DNA from: Epiperipatus broadwayi
Lineage: Eukaryota; Animalia; Onychophora
Direction: 5' to 3'
Length of the DNA stretch: 64,000 nucleotides
Assembly: GCA_028023455.1 (NCBI GenBank)
Contig: JAQFVV010000006.1
Coordinates: forward strand, 11,346,001-11,410,000
In this document: one piece after another, positions 52,781 to 64,000 of the stretch
Layout of the letters: each line of letters begins with the position of its first letter
Numbering within the stretch: position 1 is the stretch's first letter
The notes under the pieces: generated by a model
Told to the model about the DNA's origin: nothing
Database searches by the model: none
Seen by the model: the letters and a program-made list of their open reading frames with translations, nothing else
Translations under genes and position numbers: made by a program

Positions 52781-53716
52781 ACGGTACATTATTATATTAT
52801 ATTACTTTTATATATTCCTTTTCAATTTCTTTCTATATATGTGTGTGTTATCGATTCCATCATCAATCATCAACAAACTCATCTCTTGGAACTATTTTCA
52901 GATTAATACAACTACAGGTCACACTTGTTTGGTAGAGCCAGTTATAAATAACTTCAGTTTAAAGAGGACACAAACATTAATGCTAATGTAATACAAAAAG
53001 TATGACATCAACTCCATGAAAAAAAAAAGAGCTAATCTCCTTTGAATACGGAAGTGCATCATTTCTCAGATTCAGCACAAAAAAGCAATAAATGAAAATC
53101 AAATGTGCTTGAAAAAATTCATGTCAATGAATATTTACAAATTTTATAAAATTCATACCTCAAATTTAATAAATGCATTGATGACACTATATTAAAATAA
53201 TTTAAATAAATAAAAATAAATATATTTTTTAATTCTCAAAAACAATTCATGTACTGAATGAGATCGTCAGTAAATAGAATCGAAAAGTCGGTGAAAATTT
53301 ATACACACAATATCTTTGAACTATTTAAGCACATTTTTAAATATGAAATTAATTCGATCTATTTACAGAATTACGTAGTTAACGTTATCATGTTTATAGT
53401 AGCCTCTTGCTTACTTACTGTGACTTGCTTTCAGACAAAGAATTTAAGAAACTTATAATGTAAAATATATAAAAAAGGAAGATTTAATTTCAGAATGATT
53501 CAAAGACTAAGCATACCGAGATAGTACTATGCATCAGTCGTGCAAAAGCTGAAAAAAATTTTGACTTACTGCACAAAAATGATAAACAGTTTAACAATCG
53601 ATCATATAGTGGGATAATGATGACTAATTTAATGAAAAATTTACTGACTGGGATGCAGCTCCATTTGTCCAATCTTCTCTGAATCCCAACTATGCATTGG
53701 GCATGCTCTGTGTGGT

Positions 53717-53860
53717 TTAGTGCAGCAGTAGAGTGCCGGATTTGATAGGTAGCATTTCCTAGATTGAAGCTCAATCAATCACTTACAGTTAGTGCAGCAG
53801 TAGAGTGCCGGATTTGATAGGTAGCATTTCCTAGATCGAAGCTCAATCAATCACTTACAG
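53717..53860. repeat. 72-bp tandem duplication
   Basis: TTAGTGCAGCAGTAGAGTGCCGGATTTGATAGG...AATCACTTACAG occurs twice with one substitution seen. Confidence 0.9.
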
Positions 53861-54271
53861 TGTTCGATCAATATAAGTTCTCGAGCAATTAACTATTCGA
53901 TTATTTATTTATTGACTACAAATGTAACAGCAAGAAAAATCACAAAAATTTGCTGAGAATCAATTGGTATTTGTATACTTATATAGATAAAAGACTTAAA
54001 TTAACTCGCTGATGACAAACGTCTCTCTAACATCTCCCAATATCTCCACCTGCAGGAATTTACAATGAAGCATTAAACATTTTATTTGCATTTAAAATAT
54101 TTGTATTCTAAACTATGATAAATATATTCCTTTTAGTGAGCTATGTATAGGGATTCTGTTCATAAAACCGTCTTAATTCGACTTCAAAATGATTTTGTAG
54201 TTTCACTCAACCAAACTTGCATGCATACATAAAAATTTTAAATTTAAATAAAAGAGTGAAAAAAAAATTAC

Positions 54272-54338
54272 TCTTAACGCGTACTGCCATTGACCCATTA
54301 CTTTTGCAAAATTAGATCCTGCGATATATCCAAGACCA
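54272..54338 (-). CDS. spin: Spinster coding exon
   Basis: (S)GLGYIAGSNFAKVMGQWQYALR; T-rich AG acceptor, GTAATT donor; 67 nt, phase 2 to 0, matches neighbours. Confidence 0.95.
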
Positions 54339-54589
54339 CTAAAAAACAAATAAAAAAAGTCATGTTAAATGTAATTACCAGTTTGCTATGTTGCGGATAA
54401 TAGCAATCGTACACACATATAAACAACTATTTGCACAGACACACACACATTCTAATAATTTTTAAAAATCTATAAATATAGAATGGTTATTAAATATGCA
54501 GCACCGAGAATATATCATTTTAGGGAGAAATTAACACTGATGCTTAAACCATATAACAATATTTAATAGCCAACATTTATTTATGGGTT

Positions 54590-55625
54590 TATAACTTTAT
54601 CTTTCCTATTGCACTGCCAAATCCATATAATATTAATATCATCTACGTTCTTCATTACTTTTACAATGCCTTTTTTACAACCTTATATGACAGTTTCAAC
54701 TGCCCAGTAATCTTCTTCAGAACTCCTACTTATATCTCAAGATCTTAACTTATCTCCATGCATCCACACATATATTTCTGTTGCTTCTTTCTTTTTATCC
54801 AAGCTCTATTTCCAGTATTCTTCATCTTCTTAATGAAGTATTACAACTTTATCTTTCCTATTGCATTTCCAAATCCATATAATACATAAAACTGCATTAT
54901 ACATTCATTACTTGCATAGAATAGATGCTACAAAAACTAAAAATCCAAAAAGAAAACAAATATATGAAAATCACATGACCACCTACCTCCTCTTATGCTT
55001 AAATATATGAAACATACTATATTAAAAATAATTCAAATAATTGTATAAATATTTACATTTTTATAAATTTGGTTAATAATTGGTAAATTAAAAATGAATG
55101 GAAAATTATATAAAATGACATATATATATAATTATAAAAAAAAAATGCATGTAATTTATTTACTGTATTGTTACGATATAATCAATTATTTTGTAATTAA
55201 TATGGGGTTTGATTTATTTTAATGATTTATATTGTTATTGTTTGTTTTAATTTCATTATTGAACTCTAGGTGGTTTTAAGTCTGAAATAGTTCATTAACA
55301 TAATAGATTACTAACATTTGAACATGGCTTTCAATGTATAAATTTTTTTATTGATATTTGTATAGCTGCTGTAAAAAGTTTATTATTATTTTATGGAAGA
55401 ACAGCCTAAAGAGTTTTATTCTTTTCCAGTTTTGCTAATATTAATATCACCTATGTTCTTTATTACTTTTACAATGCTTTTTTTACAACCTAATAAGAGA
55501 TTTGGAGATATAGATATAAGTAGGAGTTCTGAAGAAGATTGGTGGGGCAATCAAAAATGTCATATTAGGTTGTAAAAAAAGCACTGTAAAAGTAATAAGG
55601 AATATAGATGATATTAATATTATAT
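54590..55625. mobile_element. Family F3 inverted copies carrying hammerhead-like cores (minus strand at 54685-54726, plus strand at about 55522-55565)
   Basis: GGAGTT-CTGAAGA-AGATT(A/G)...GAAAC/AAAAA-T-GTC-ATAT in both orientations; additional partial minus copy at 55420-55497. Confidence 0.7.
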
Positions 55626-55922
55626 TTATTTATGGGCTTATTAAAATTAGTAGAATTTACATCTTGAACATTATTTGAACTGTAAATTGATACGATTAAT
55701 AGTATCACCTTTTTCGAGTACCAATGATGGATTTAGTGGACCATTTTTTATCTTTAACAAAATGGTTCATTTTTACCCCAATACTATATTATTATATGGT
55801 AATTACGTAAATCAATCATCAATATTTGACAAGAGGGAAAAGTTTGTTAAAATAACCCTATTGGGATCTGATTCGTGAAATGTTATTATGGTTTGCACAG
55901 CAGTGTTAATTTCTCCATAAAA

Positions 55923-55994
55923 GCATTGGTGGCTTAGCGGTTAGAATAGCTTCCTTCCAAGCAGCTGGTCTGGGTTCGCTTCCCAGTCAACGCT
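55923..55994 (+). pseudogene. tRNA-Gly(TCC)-like copy, probably a pseudogene or SINE head
   Basis: GCATTGGTGGCTTAGCGGTTAGAATAGCTTCCTTCCAAGCAGCTGGTCTGGGTTCGCTTCCCAGTCAACGC; TCC anticodon, mismatches in acceptor and anticodon stems, A58 changed to C. Confidence 0.8.
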
Positions 55995-57479
55995 TTGACA
56001 TATAAAATGATAATATATATATATATATATATATTCGAAACACGTCTGAATACATGACGAAGATAATTCACAAGATAGATCCTCAAAGAAACATTTAAAA
56101 TAACTTGTAAACAACTTACAAGCAACATATTCGGATTTTATTTATTTTAAATTCTTAGCATTATATATTTGATAAGCCGTAAAATTACTTATATGCTTAC
56201 TAAATTAATTTAATGTTCAATACATATATAACACATATACACACCATATATGCACTACAAACAAATTTTATTTGCTTTAACATTTCACTTACAAATTTTT
56301 TAAGTTTATTACTTTTGAGAATAACAAATACGGGGAACTTTATTTTCTTATATAAAGAAATATCTTTTTTTAAATCAAACTTTTTAAGATAAATAAAAAT
56401 TAAAATACAGATTTACAGAAGTCAGAATATGTATGTAAATGAGTAAAATAGTGGTGGTTTTGAAAACTGAAGGCCATTTCCAAATATCATATTATTCCAT
56501 TCATTCGATAAACATATTCTTCTTACTGTACAAAATAAAAAAAAAAACCTATCATGTACATGGGATATCATCAGTTTTGATAAGTTAATACATAAAGAAG
56601 TGATGTGAAAAGCAGATAAGCACATCACTAGAATGGCATAATTAATCAAAAAATGATTGGAGTGGGACTCATAAAATGGAACAATGACTTTGTGTACGCT
56701 GAAGGGTGTATGTTGTGTTAAGTTATTCAACTTATTGGAAAATATGTCTAAACGATAATTCATATTAATATAAAATACAATAAAATGGGAGATTCTCATA
56801 TAAAGACATAAAATGTTTTAAAATAAACCATGAAAAATTTTAATGCAAGAATAGATAAAAAAAAATTGAAAGACAAAAGTGCAAGGATTAAATTATGTGG
56901 AAACACAAATGAAACAGGAAATTTAGCTTTTTTAAAAAAAAAAAATCTAAAAACAAAATGTAAATACTTACCAATAAATGTTAATGTTTTACAAAACCAT
57001 ATATTAAAAAAAATTATAGAAAAAAAAAAAAAAGTATATGTAGATATTTTACTCTGGTTAATACATTCTAAAAAAATATTTAACTCTTTAAACATTTTTG
57101 TTTTAGAAGATCATGATATATATACTTTAAATATTTTTAGACTTTGCTATGAGACGTTCGGTAAATGATTCTAACCTCTTCAAACATTTCATAACATTCT
57201 AACAAATAATTTTGTGAATAAAAATTAAAAGCAAAGCAAATAACAATAAATAAAGATTATTTAAATCAACTTTAACTTTGCAGATAATTATTTTTTGCCG
57301 CCAAATAATACTTCAAAACTGTGAAAAATGTTACAAAATTCGATAAAGACAAGAAGCTAGGGTAATGGGTGAATACTCAAAAGAGTAAAACAATCTACGA
57401 AAGAATTTTAAAAATTAGAATAAATACTAAAAATACGAAGTTAAACATTATAAATCATCTTAGTTTGTAATACTAGTAA

Positions 57480-58190
57480 CAAATAAAATCAAATTAATAA
57501 AATTAATGACAAAATTTAATTTGAATGAAATGACTCCAATTAAAATAATAAAACAATATAGAAAAATATGCGTAACTAGTGATAAAATACAATTTTTAAT
57601 AAATGAATTCAATTAAACTGGACTTGTAGATTAAAAACTTGGACACTTAATAAAAAAGCAATGCACAGACTTCAGATCATACAACGTAGCAAAATATACA
57701 GATGTTCTTTAGGATTACTAAGAAATTAAAATACCCGAACTAAAAAAAAAAACGATTATTATTGACAACACTACAATAATCAAAAAAAAAAATAAAATGA
57801 ATCCGAGTTACAATATGCTACTGGAAGATAACATAGATTGACAATTAAAGTCCTAAATTTGATCCCAAGAGATCATAAGATACTTAGAAAAAAACTATTG
57901 TGTGTGAGAAATGGTTAGAAGTTTGTTGAAATGTTATGGATAAGGAGTTACAAAAACAAATTTCAGGATAACATCACATACTATCAAAAAATGATATAAA
58001 CAACTGAAGTCCTAAACTTAATCCCAAGTGACCTTAAAGTGTCTAGAAGAAAAAATCACATGATATAGATGAATAAAATAAGAAAGTTTATTGAAATGTT
58101 ATGAAAAGTTATAGATTGGAAATTATGGAGCAAGCTCGGAAAAGCCTTTATCTGCCAATGGTTTAATAATATTTAAAAAGGGGATGATGA
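57480..58190 (+). mobile_element. Decayed RTE LINE 3' fragment
   Basis: ETWTL.KKA..RL.I.QR-like remnant, two diverged copies of the LIPRD.K motif, GATGAT tail. Confidence 0.7.
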
Positions 58191-58450
58191 TACGTATGTT
58201 TACAAGGATAGTTCTTTTATATTTTTCACATTGTTAAAAGGTTTTACATAATTAATATTACGGATTTTTTTTTTTGAATTTAATCTCTTGTCAAATACTG
58301 ATGGTGATAGTTTATGCAGTTGAAATACATCTGCATTGAAAAGATAAAAAAATAAAATGGATTTTTTTACATAGCAGTTTAAAAGAATTTTGAATGACTA
58401 ATAGAATTAGTATTAAATTTGCTATATAAAAGTTTAAATTTTTACACTAC

Positions 58451-58602
58451 CTTCCAACAGGGATGGCAAAATAGAAAACAGCAAGCATCATGGATCTTTG
58501 TTCTCCAGTGTATAAGTCGGCAATAATTGTTGGAGCGATAGTGGAATAGCTTGCTTCACCAATTCCTACAATTCCCCTTAGAAGCAAAAAAGCCCAAAAA
58601 TA
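58451..58602 (-). CDS. spin: Spinster (SPNS-family MFS transporter), most 5' coding exon found
   Basis: Translates [50 protein letters not shown](S), the spinster TM4-TM5 signature GIGEASYS; TTTTCAG acceptor, GT donor; 152 nt, phase 0 to 2. Confidence 0.96.
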
Positions 58603-58959
58603 CTGAAAATTTTAAAAAAGGAGAAACATATAAACAATTGCAAATAAAATAAAATAATAAAACAACAAGTAAATAACGAAAAAATCTCATATTTATATTC
58701 AAATCGAGCATGATAAAAACATTAGATTGACACTAGAATAAAAACTTGAAAAACTATAATTGACTTCTAATTAAAATCATTTTTTTAGAATAAATACAAG
58801 ATATGCACACTTATGAAAACAACTTTTCAGATTAATCTCGACGATCAATTAAATTCTGCATGTTACGAATGAGAGCTTTCAAATTTTATTAACAACTTGT
58901 TAGTATTTATCCAAGAAATAAGATGTAGCTAAATCTTCAGTTATGAACTATAAAATACA

Positions 58960-59190
58960 AGGCTTATAGGAACATTTTCAGGGGAACCCCATTCATCAGC
59001 TCCGTCAGGCCACAAAATCAATTACAAATCAGAAAATAATTATATATAGGTGTGTGTATTAACTATAAAAAGTATCACATTCTGCTTAATATAAGTAAGA
59101 TTCAAACCTTTTATGATTTGTGATTTATGATGTTGGGTAGAGTGCAGCTGATGAAAGGTGTTCCCCTTAAACTGGTAATAGTGTATTGCC
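58960..59190. repeat. Divergent inverted pair of hammerhead-like motifs
   Basis: Minus strand GGAG-CTGATGA-AT-GGGG-TT-CCCC-T-GAAA; plus strand GCAG-CTGATGA-AAGG-TGTTC-CCTT-AAAC-TG-GTA. Confidence 0.55.
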
Positions 59191-59629
59191 ATAGTTCACA
59201 ATTCAGAATTTGAATACAATAATGAGATAACAGATAAAGCTTACATGCAATCATTCACAATACTATGATATATAATTCTGCAAAATATTAATTACACAAT
59301 TGGTTTTATATATATTGTAACGGGAATTAAAACTCTGCTTAATTTTACCTTTTATGACTTTTTTCAACTTTACACCTCGAACTTGTAATTTTAAAGACTT
59401 TCTAATTATTTATTTTAATTTTATGAAATCATATTATTTTGCAAAATATCTTTTTAAAAACCCGTAACTCAAGCAGCAGAGTAAATAGGATTAATACTTA
59501 CATATCAATCATACCCCCGGTCAGACTGCGATTTAATAAAATATTAAACTGACAGTCATTTTTCCAGACCGAAGTAGCTCTCCGGCTGCCTGAAACATGA
59601 AACATCCCATGGGGAATTTATAACGGGTT

Positions 59630-59730
59630 TAAAGCCCAGGGCGCCATCCAATACGGAGATTGGAACCCATGAGATGTCTACAACAAGTTTCAAGCGCTTG
59701 ACCCATGGCTAGCTCTTCACGAGACTGGCT
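59630..59730 (-). mobile_element. Possible tRNA-derived SINE head
   Basis: GC-rich; minus strand has a B-box-like GGGTTCCAATCTCC preceded by tRNA-like arms; weak. Confidence 0.3.
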
Positions 59731-60809
59731 GCACATTTGATTGTGAATGGAGAGAGAAAGAAAGATGAAAAAAACGAACAAAATTTTTTTTTTTTAAAAA
59801 AATGATAATAATTATAAATGCAAGAATAAGATATAATTAAAATGTAAACACATAAGAAATATTATATATTAAATAAAATTTGCATGCTCATTTTAACCAT
59901 TTAGATTTAAAAGTTTTTATCCTGTATCAATATTTACCTAGGCTTTATAGCGCTTCTTTTGGACTTTATTGGTTATTTCAAACATTGTCTTTGTAACGAT
60001 TCTATTAGTCTTTAATTTCCATAGTAGATATCATAGTTCCTAGATTTCTTTTGTAGTTGGGTTGTAGTTTGTAGTTGGGTGATCACCCCTTTTGTCCACG
60101 GATCCAGTTAGTTTCTTGGTCCTTGGCGTTGGTATTTTTAACTGAAAGATAGCTTCTTGTGGTCCCTTGTTCAGGTGGCTTGGTTTACCTAATTTTCATT
60201 TAATTTAGTAGGGCGGGTTGAAACTTCGGCAGAAGGCGACTCTGAGTAATATGTTACGGCATTTTGCTAAATGGCACATGGGAGAATAGCGGAGAAAATG
60301 ACCGAACACAACGTTCGGTTCTAGCCAATCATTCTTTTTAATCTGGCTTGAAATGAACTTAATTCAAACTTAACAACTCTGACTGAAAACAATAGAGAAT
60401 GTCTGCCTTTTATATTACTCTGACCCCACCCACCCTGCTCTAGCTTCAACACATTTTATCTCAAAAAATTTAATTATAATTTACATGTCTTTATTTCTGT
60501 TTCGAATTTTAATTACAGAGATTAGAAATTGTTCAACTAATCAGTCTGGAATTTTAATCCCCAGCCTGATTATTTTTGTACATACTATTTTAATTAATCA
60601 CAAACCTTTTATTTTTTAAATTAAAAAAAAAAAATAGGTTAGATAATATTTGTAGTAAAAAAATAAGTTAAAATATAAATGTTATCTTAAAAATGATTTT
60701 AAAACCTTAATTAAACCAAAGATTTTTTTTGTTTTGAATTAAATTAATAAAATGATTTAAATGTTAGTTGAGTGTAGATGGCTGCTAGACTAGTTTAAAT
60801 ATGTTACTT

Positions 60810-61321
60810 TTAAAGATGGTTTTCATTTCGGACTATTTGTTTCGTAGTTGTGTCAATGCTGGTGGAGAGATATATGGACGTTGATATCAATGAAATGTGA
60901 AGTGTGTTAGCACCTAGGGTGACGAGCCCAACTGAATGCATGACCCCAAAGAGGTAGTCATATCGTTGAAATGGACGCAGACGTATTTCCTGCGCCATTG
61001 ACCCCTTCCAGCTCTGGATTTTGGACGATAAGCCGGCAAAATAAGACTGCTCTCCCATCCATACATAGCGTTTCTTTTTATTATTTTATATGCATGTTTC
61101 CTTCGCCTGACAGATGCACATTCCTGCAGGACGAAGGCCATGTTTTCTCCAATAATATCACGCTGTTTAGATGCACATTCCTGTCGGCGTGATTCTATGC
61201 TAACATGTTCACATTGCATTGGTTGCTGATATATATCTGGAAGCGAGTATTGGTGTGGCTGCGGATTTTTAGTCTGGAGTCGAGTGATTTGAAAATTTGT
61301 GAGTGCGTCTAGGTAGTTCAT
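60810..61321 (-). mobile_element. Possible decayed non-LTR retrotransposon 3' region
   Basis: GC-richer overlapping ORFs; GENMAFVLQECASVRRR resembles the E..HxLxECP..R end of a CCHC finger. No spinster similarity. Confidence 0.3.
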
Positions 61322-62242
61322 TTATACCCAACATTTCTAAGATTAAAAGTAAAAGCTAAAAACAAATAAAATAATAACTAATGAAACAGAATAAAACAAC
61401 TTTCTTCTTTTGTTATAAAAAAAATTTTTTTTTTCCCAGTTTGTGCTTATTAATTATATACGTAAATAAAATCTTTTTTGTGTTGTTAATACTGACAGTG
61501 ATTGCTTTTATTATTATTTATTAAAAGAAATATATTTAATAAATGTTTAAAACCTCTGCTACTCCATGAGCTAGTGACTTGGGCTGGCGGTCGTGATCTT
61601 AACAGTGCGTATCTGCCTACTCTATAAATTTTCTAGGTTCGAATGGCCTAGTGGCGCCCTTGTATGGCAGATACGGTAAGACTGGTTATTTCACATTTTC
61701 CCCAACCATTATAATATATATATAATGTTATGTATCACATATTATACAAAATCAGTAAAATTGGCACTTTTACTTAAAAGATTGAGATTTTTAATTCCTA
61801 GAAGTTTAAATAAATCCCATTAAACATGCAAATATAACCTGTTTTGAAAAGTAGACTAATAAATAGTCTTTTTTTTAATTGAAACTTTCAAACTCCATTG
61901 CTACTCACTATATTATCTATATATATATATCTGAAGAGATGTCAGTTCTAATCAGCATACATGACACATCCATTATGGCTTCAATCTACATATTATGAAG
62001 TTCTGCTGGAGCCAACACATCTCCAGAATTATTTACATATAATATAAAAGATGTGTTAGAACTGTGTTAACCTACTTGTCATATATATAAATATTTGAAA
62101 ACCAGGTACTCTTCACAAACCCGGGAGCTTAATTGTAAGTACAGAAAATTTGAACTCAGATTTTCAAGCACCCTTCAACTATCCACACTATCTCATACAA
62201 CTTATACACATGACCACACACATGTAGAAAAGATTAATAATC

Positions 62243-62286
62243 ACCAATATACGTATTTCATGCTAAACCAGCACTCATCAGTTGGT
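62243..62286 (-). ncRNA. Intact minimal type-I hammerhead ribozyme motif, sense to the spinster transcript
   Basis: ACCAA-CTGATGA-GTGCTG-GTT-TAGCAT-GAAA-TACGTA-TA-TTGGT: stem I ACCAA/TTGGT, 6-bp stem II with G-U pairs, palindromic stem III, AUA cleavage triplet. Confidence 0.8.
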
Positions 62287-62926
62287 CCAGACTATCATCT
62301 CTCACACACATATATAATCAATGCTCAGTTTATATTAAGATAGCAAATCTTCATACTTTAATGGACAGGCTTCAATCCACTGCAACCTCCAACTTTTCAG
62401 CCATCCATATCATTGAAAATCTGATGATGAAAACTCAAATCCCATGCTGATGCTAATATTATTGCTGGTTTAGCATGAAATACATATATTGGTGATTATT
62501 AATCTTTTCTACATGTGTGTGGTCATGTGTATAAGTTGTATGAGATAGTGTGGATAGTTGAAGGGTACTTGAAAATCTGAGTTCAAATCCTCTATACTTG
62601 CAATTAAGCTCCCAGGTTTGTGAAGAGTACCTGGTTTTCAAATATTTACATATCAAGCTTGTATCCTGTCCATCCCTCTTATATGTATTTAATGGATACT
62701 GTCCTATACATGAGGGGTCAGAGTGACTTCAGGTCAACATGGGCATGGCAATAATATTAGCATCAGCATGGGATTTGAGTTTTCATCATCAGATTTTCAA
62801 TGATATGGATGGCTGAAAAGTTGGAGGTTGCAGTGGATTGAAGCCTGTCCATTAAAGTATGAAGATTTGCTATCTTAATATAAACTGAGCATTGATTATA
62901 TATATGTGTGAGAGATGATAGTCTGG

Positions 62927-62970
62927 ACCAACTGATGAGTGCTGGTTTAGCATGAAATACGTATATTGGT
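62927..62970 (+). ncRNA. Intact minimal type-I hammerhead ribozyme motif
   Basis: The same 44-nt motif as 62243-62286, on the opposite strand. Confidence 0.8.
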
Positions 62971-64000
62971 GATTATTAATCTTTTCTACATGTGTGTGGT
63001 CATGTGTATAAGTTGTATGAGATAGTGTGGATAGTTGAAGGGTGCTTGAAAATCTGAGTTCAAATCCTCTATACTTGTCATATATATGTGAGATGTGCAC
63101 ACACTAACATGTTATTTACAAGTTTAAAACAAGTAATCGTCTCTTATTTTGCAGACCATAGGCTTAAAATAAAACACCAATATTCTTATATGATTTTGAA
63201 TAGAGACATAAATCTTTTAATTATTAATTTGACAAAAATAACAGAGTTCTGTGTAAATTTCTGCAGCATTTCTAATTATTACATTAATAATAAAATTAAG
63301 ATATTTTGTTAGAAGCAGCACCGGAACCGGCTGCTTTGATAATCTAAATTAGATACAATGGATTATTACTGAAATTTATAATTAAAATGTTCTTATTTGA
63401 AGGTACAAATGCTGAAGCCTAAATCTTCCGAGAATTATTTTATGGATTGTATTATATTTATATTGATCCCATATAGAATCTTTTATCACTTATGTCAGAA
63501 ACATCTGCATATAGACCCAACTCGGTAGAGTCACAAACTAGTATTTGACCATGATAAATTTGAGATTTGTCACAATTTTTCTGTTGGTATGATCAAAAGC
63601 ACAGATATGTAAATATACGTATAACAAAGATGAGCAAAATTTTCACGTAAAAACATTTTAAATTTTTTCCGTACACACACACATAGAGGTAGGCTATCAT
63701 TAATCCAAACATTGCTACATCAAAAATTTCCATTAATTGGACAAAATTACAAAATTTTTTGATTAGTTGTTTAACTACTATTGTGTGCTGACACAAATCT
63801 ATGAATAATATATATTCTAAAGAAATTTATATAGTACGTAACAAGTTTTTCAATATGAGCAAACTATAAATAGTAAAATTAGAGTTTATTTAAATGTTAG
63901 AGCACAGTTTGGGTTTATAAAGATGGGTGTAAAGATTTATTGTCAAAATCTGAAAAATTCACAAAATCCCTGAAACTACGGATTTCAGATTAATGGAAGC

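Larger units (their letters stand above)
62073..63087. mobile_element. Young Penelope-like insertion (family F1): inverted copy, partial copy and direct copy, with a 16-bp target-site duplication
   Basis: TACTTGTCATATATAT at 62073-62088 and 63072-63087; 62137-62465 is a near-identical reverse complement of 62748-63077; GIY-YIG-like remnant WRLQWIEACPLK. Confidence 0.88.

Noticed and set aside
61607-61675. Small GC-rich hairpin with a CTCF-like CCTAGTGGCGCCC core
   Set aside because: Only a partial motif match inside what looks like a repeat fragment; not supportable without data.
62419-62436. CTGATGATGAAAAC as an additional hammerhead (also at about 62778-62795)
   Set aside because: No stem II between CTGATGA and GAAA and no stem I or III; it lies in the decayed coding remnant.
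63308-63335. AGCAGCACCGGAACCGGCTGCT hairpin resembling a GAAACCGGTC motif
   Set aside because: No CTGANGA core and no cleavage triplet.
658-63796. The many 60-135-aa ORFs in the supplied track as independent genes
   Set aside because: Apart from the 3900-4109 ORF (spinster exon) and transposon remnants, they are low-complexity AT-rich frames or antisense to repeats, with no recognisable domains.
58603-64000. Upstream spinster exons (GDRY.RK region)
   Set aside because: Searched by eye on the minus strand; no matching peptide with splice sites was found, so they are assumed to lie outside the window.

Overview
AT-rich (roughly 70-75% by eye) eukaryotic genomic DNA, probably arthropod (inference). 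One protein-coding gene is supported: a spinster/SPNS-family MFS transporter on the minus strand. Eight GT-AG exons were assembled by hand (58602-58451, 54338-54272, 44375-44233, 39670-39542, 30499-30304, 27975-27910, 19957-19859, 4088-3900). They splice in frame to about 346 aa; the N-terminal exons were not found and probably lie beyond 64000. The introns (2.3-15.8 kb) are filled with decayed repeats: RTE LINE 3' ends, a 3-kb APE-RT LINE, a deleted mariner, a Tx1/L1-like tail, MITE-like foldbacks, tRNA-Arg-derived SINEs and two tRNA-Gly(TCC)-derived copies. The strongest non-coding signal is more than 15 minimal type-I hammerhead-ribozyme-like motifs (CTGANGA-stem II-GAAA-palindromic stem III-NTH) from several distinct lineages linked to Penelope-like elements (PLEs). 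They occur as divergent inverted pairs, as a 129-bp tandem array, and as two intact copies in a young TSD-flanked insertion at 62.07-63.09 kb. PLE-associated dimeric hammerheads are known; the density, ORF-less foldback and tandem forms, and sense-strand copies in a host intron are the parts worth testing. Repeat boundaries are estimates made by eye.
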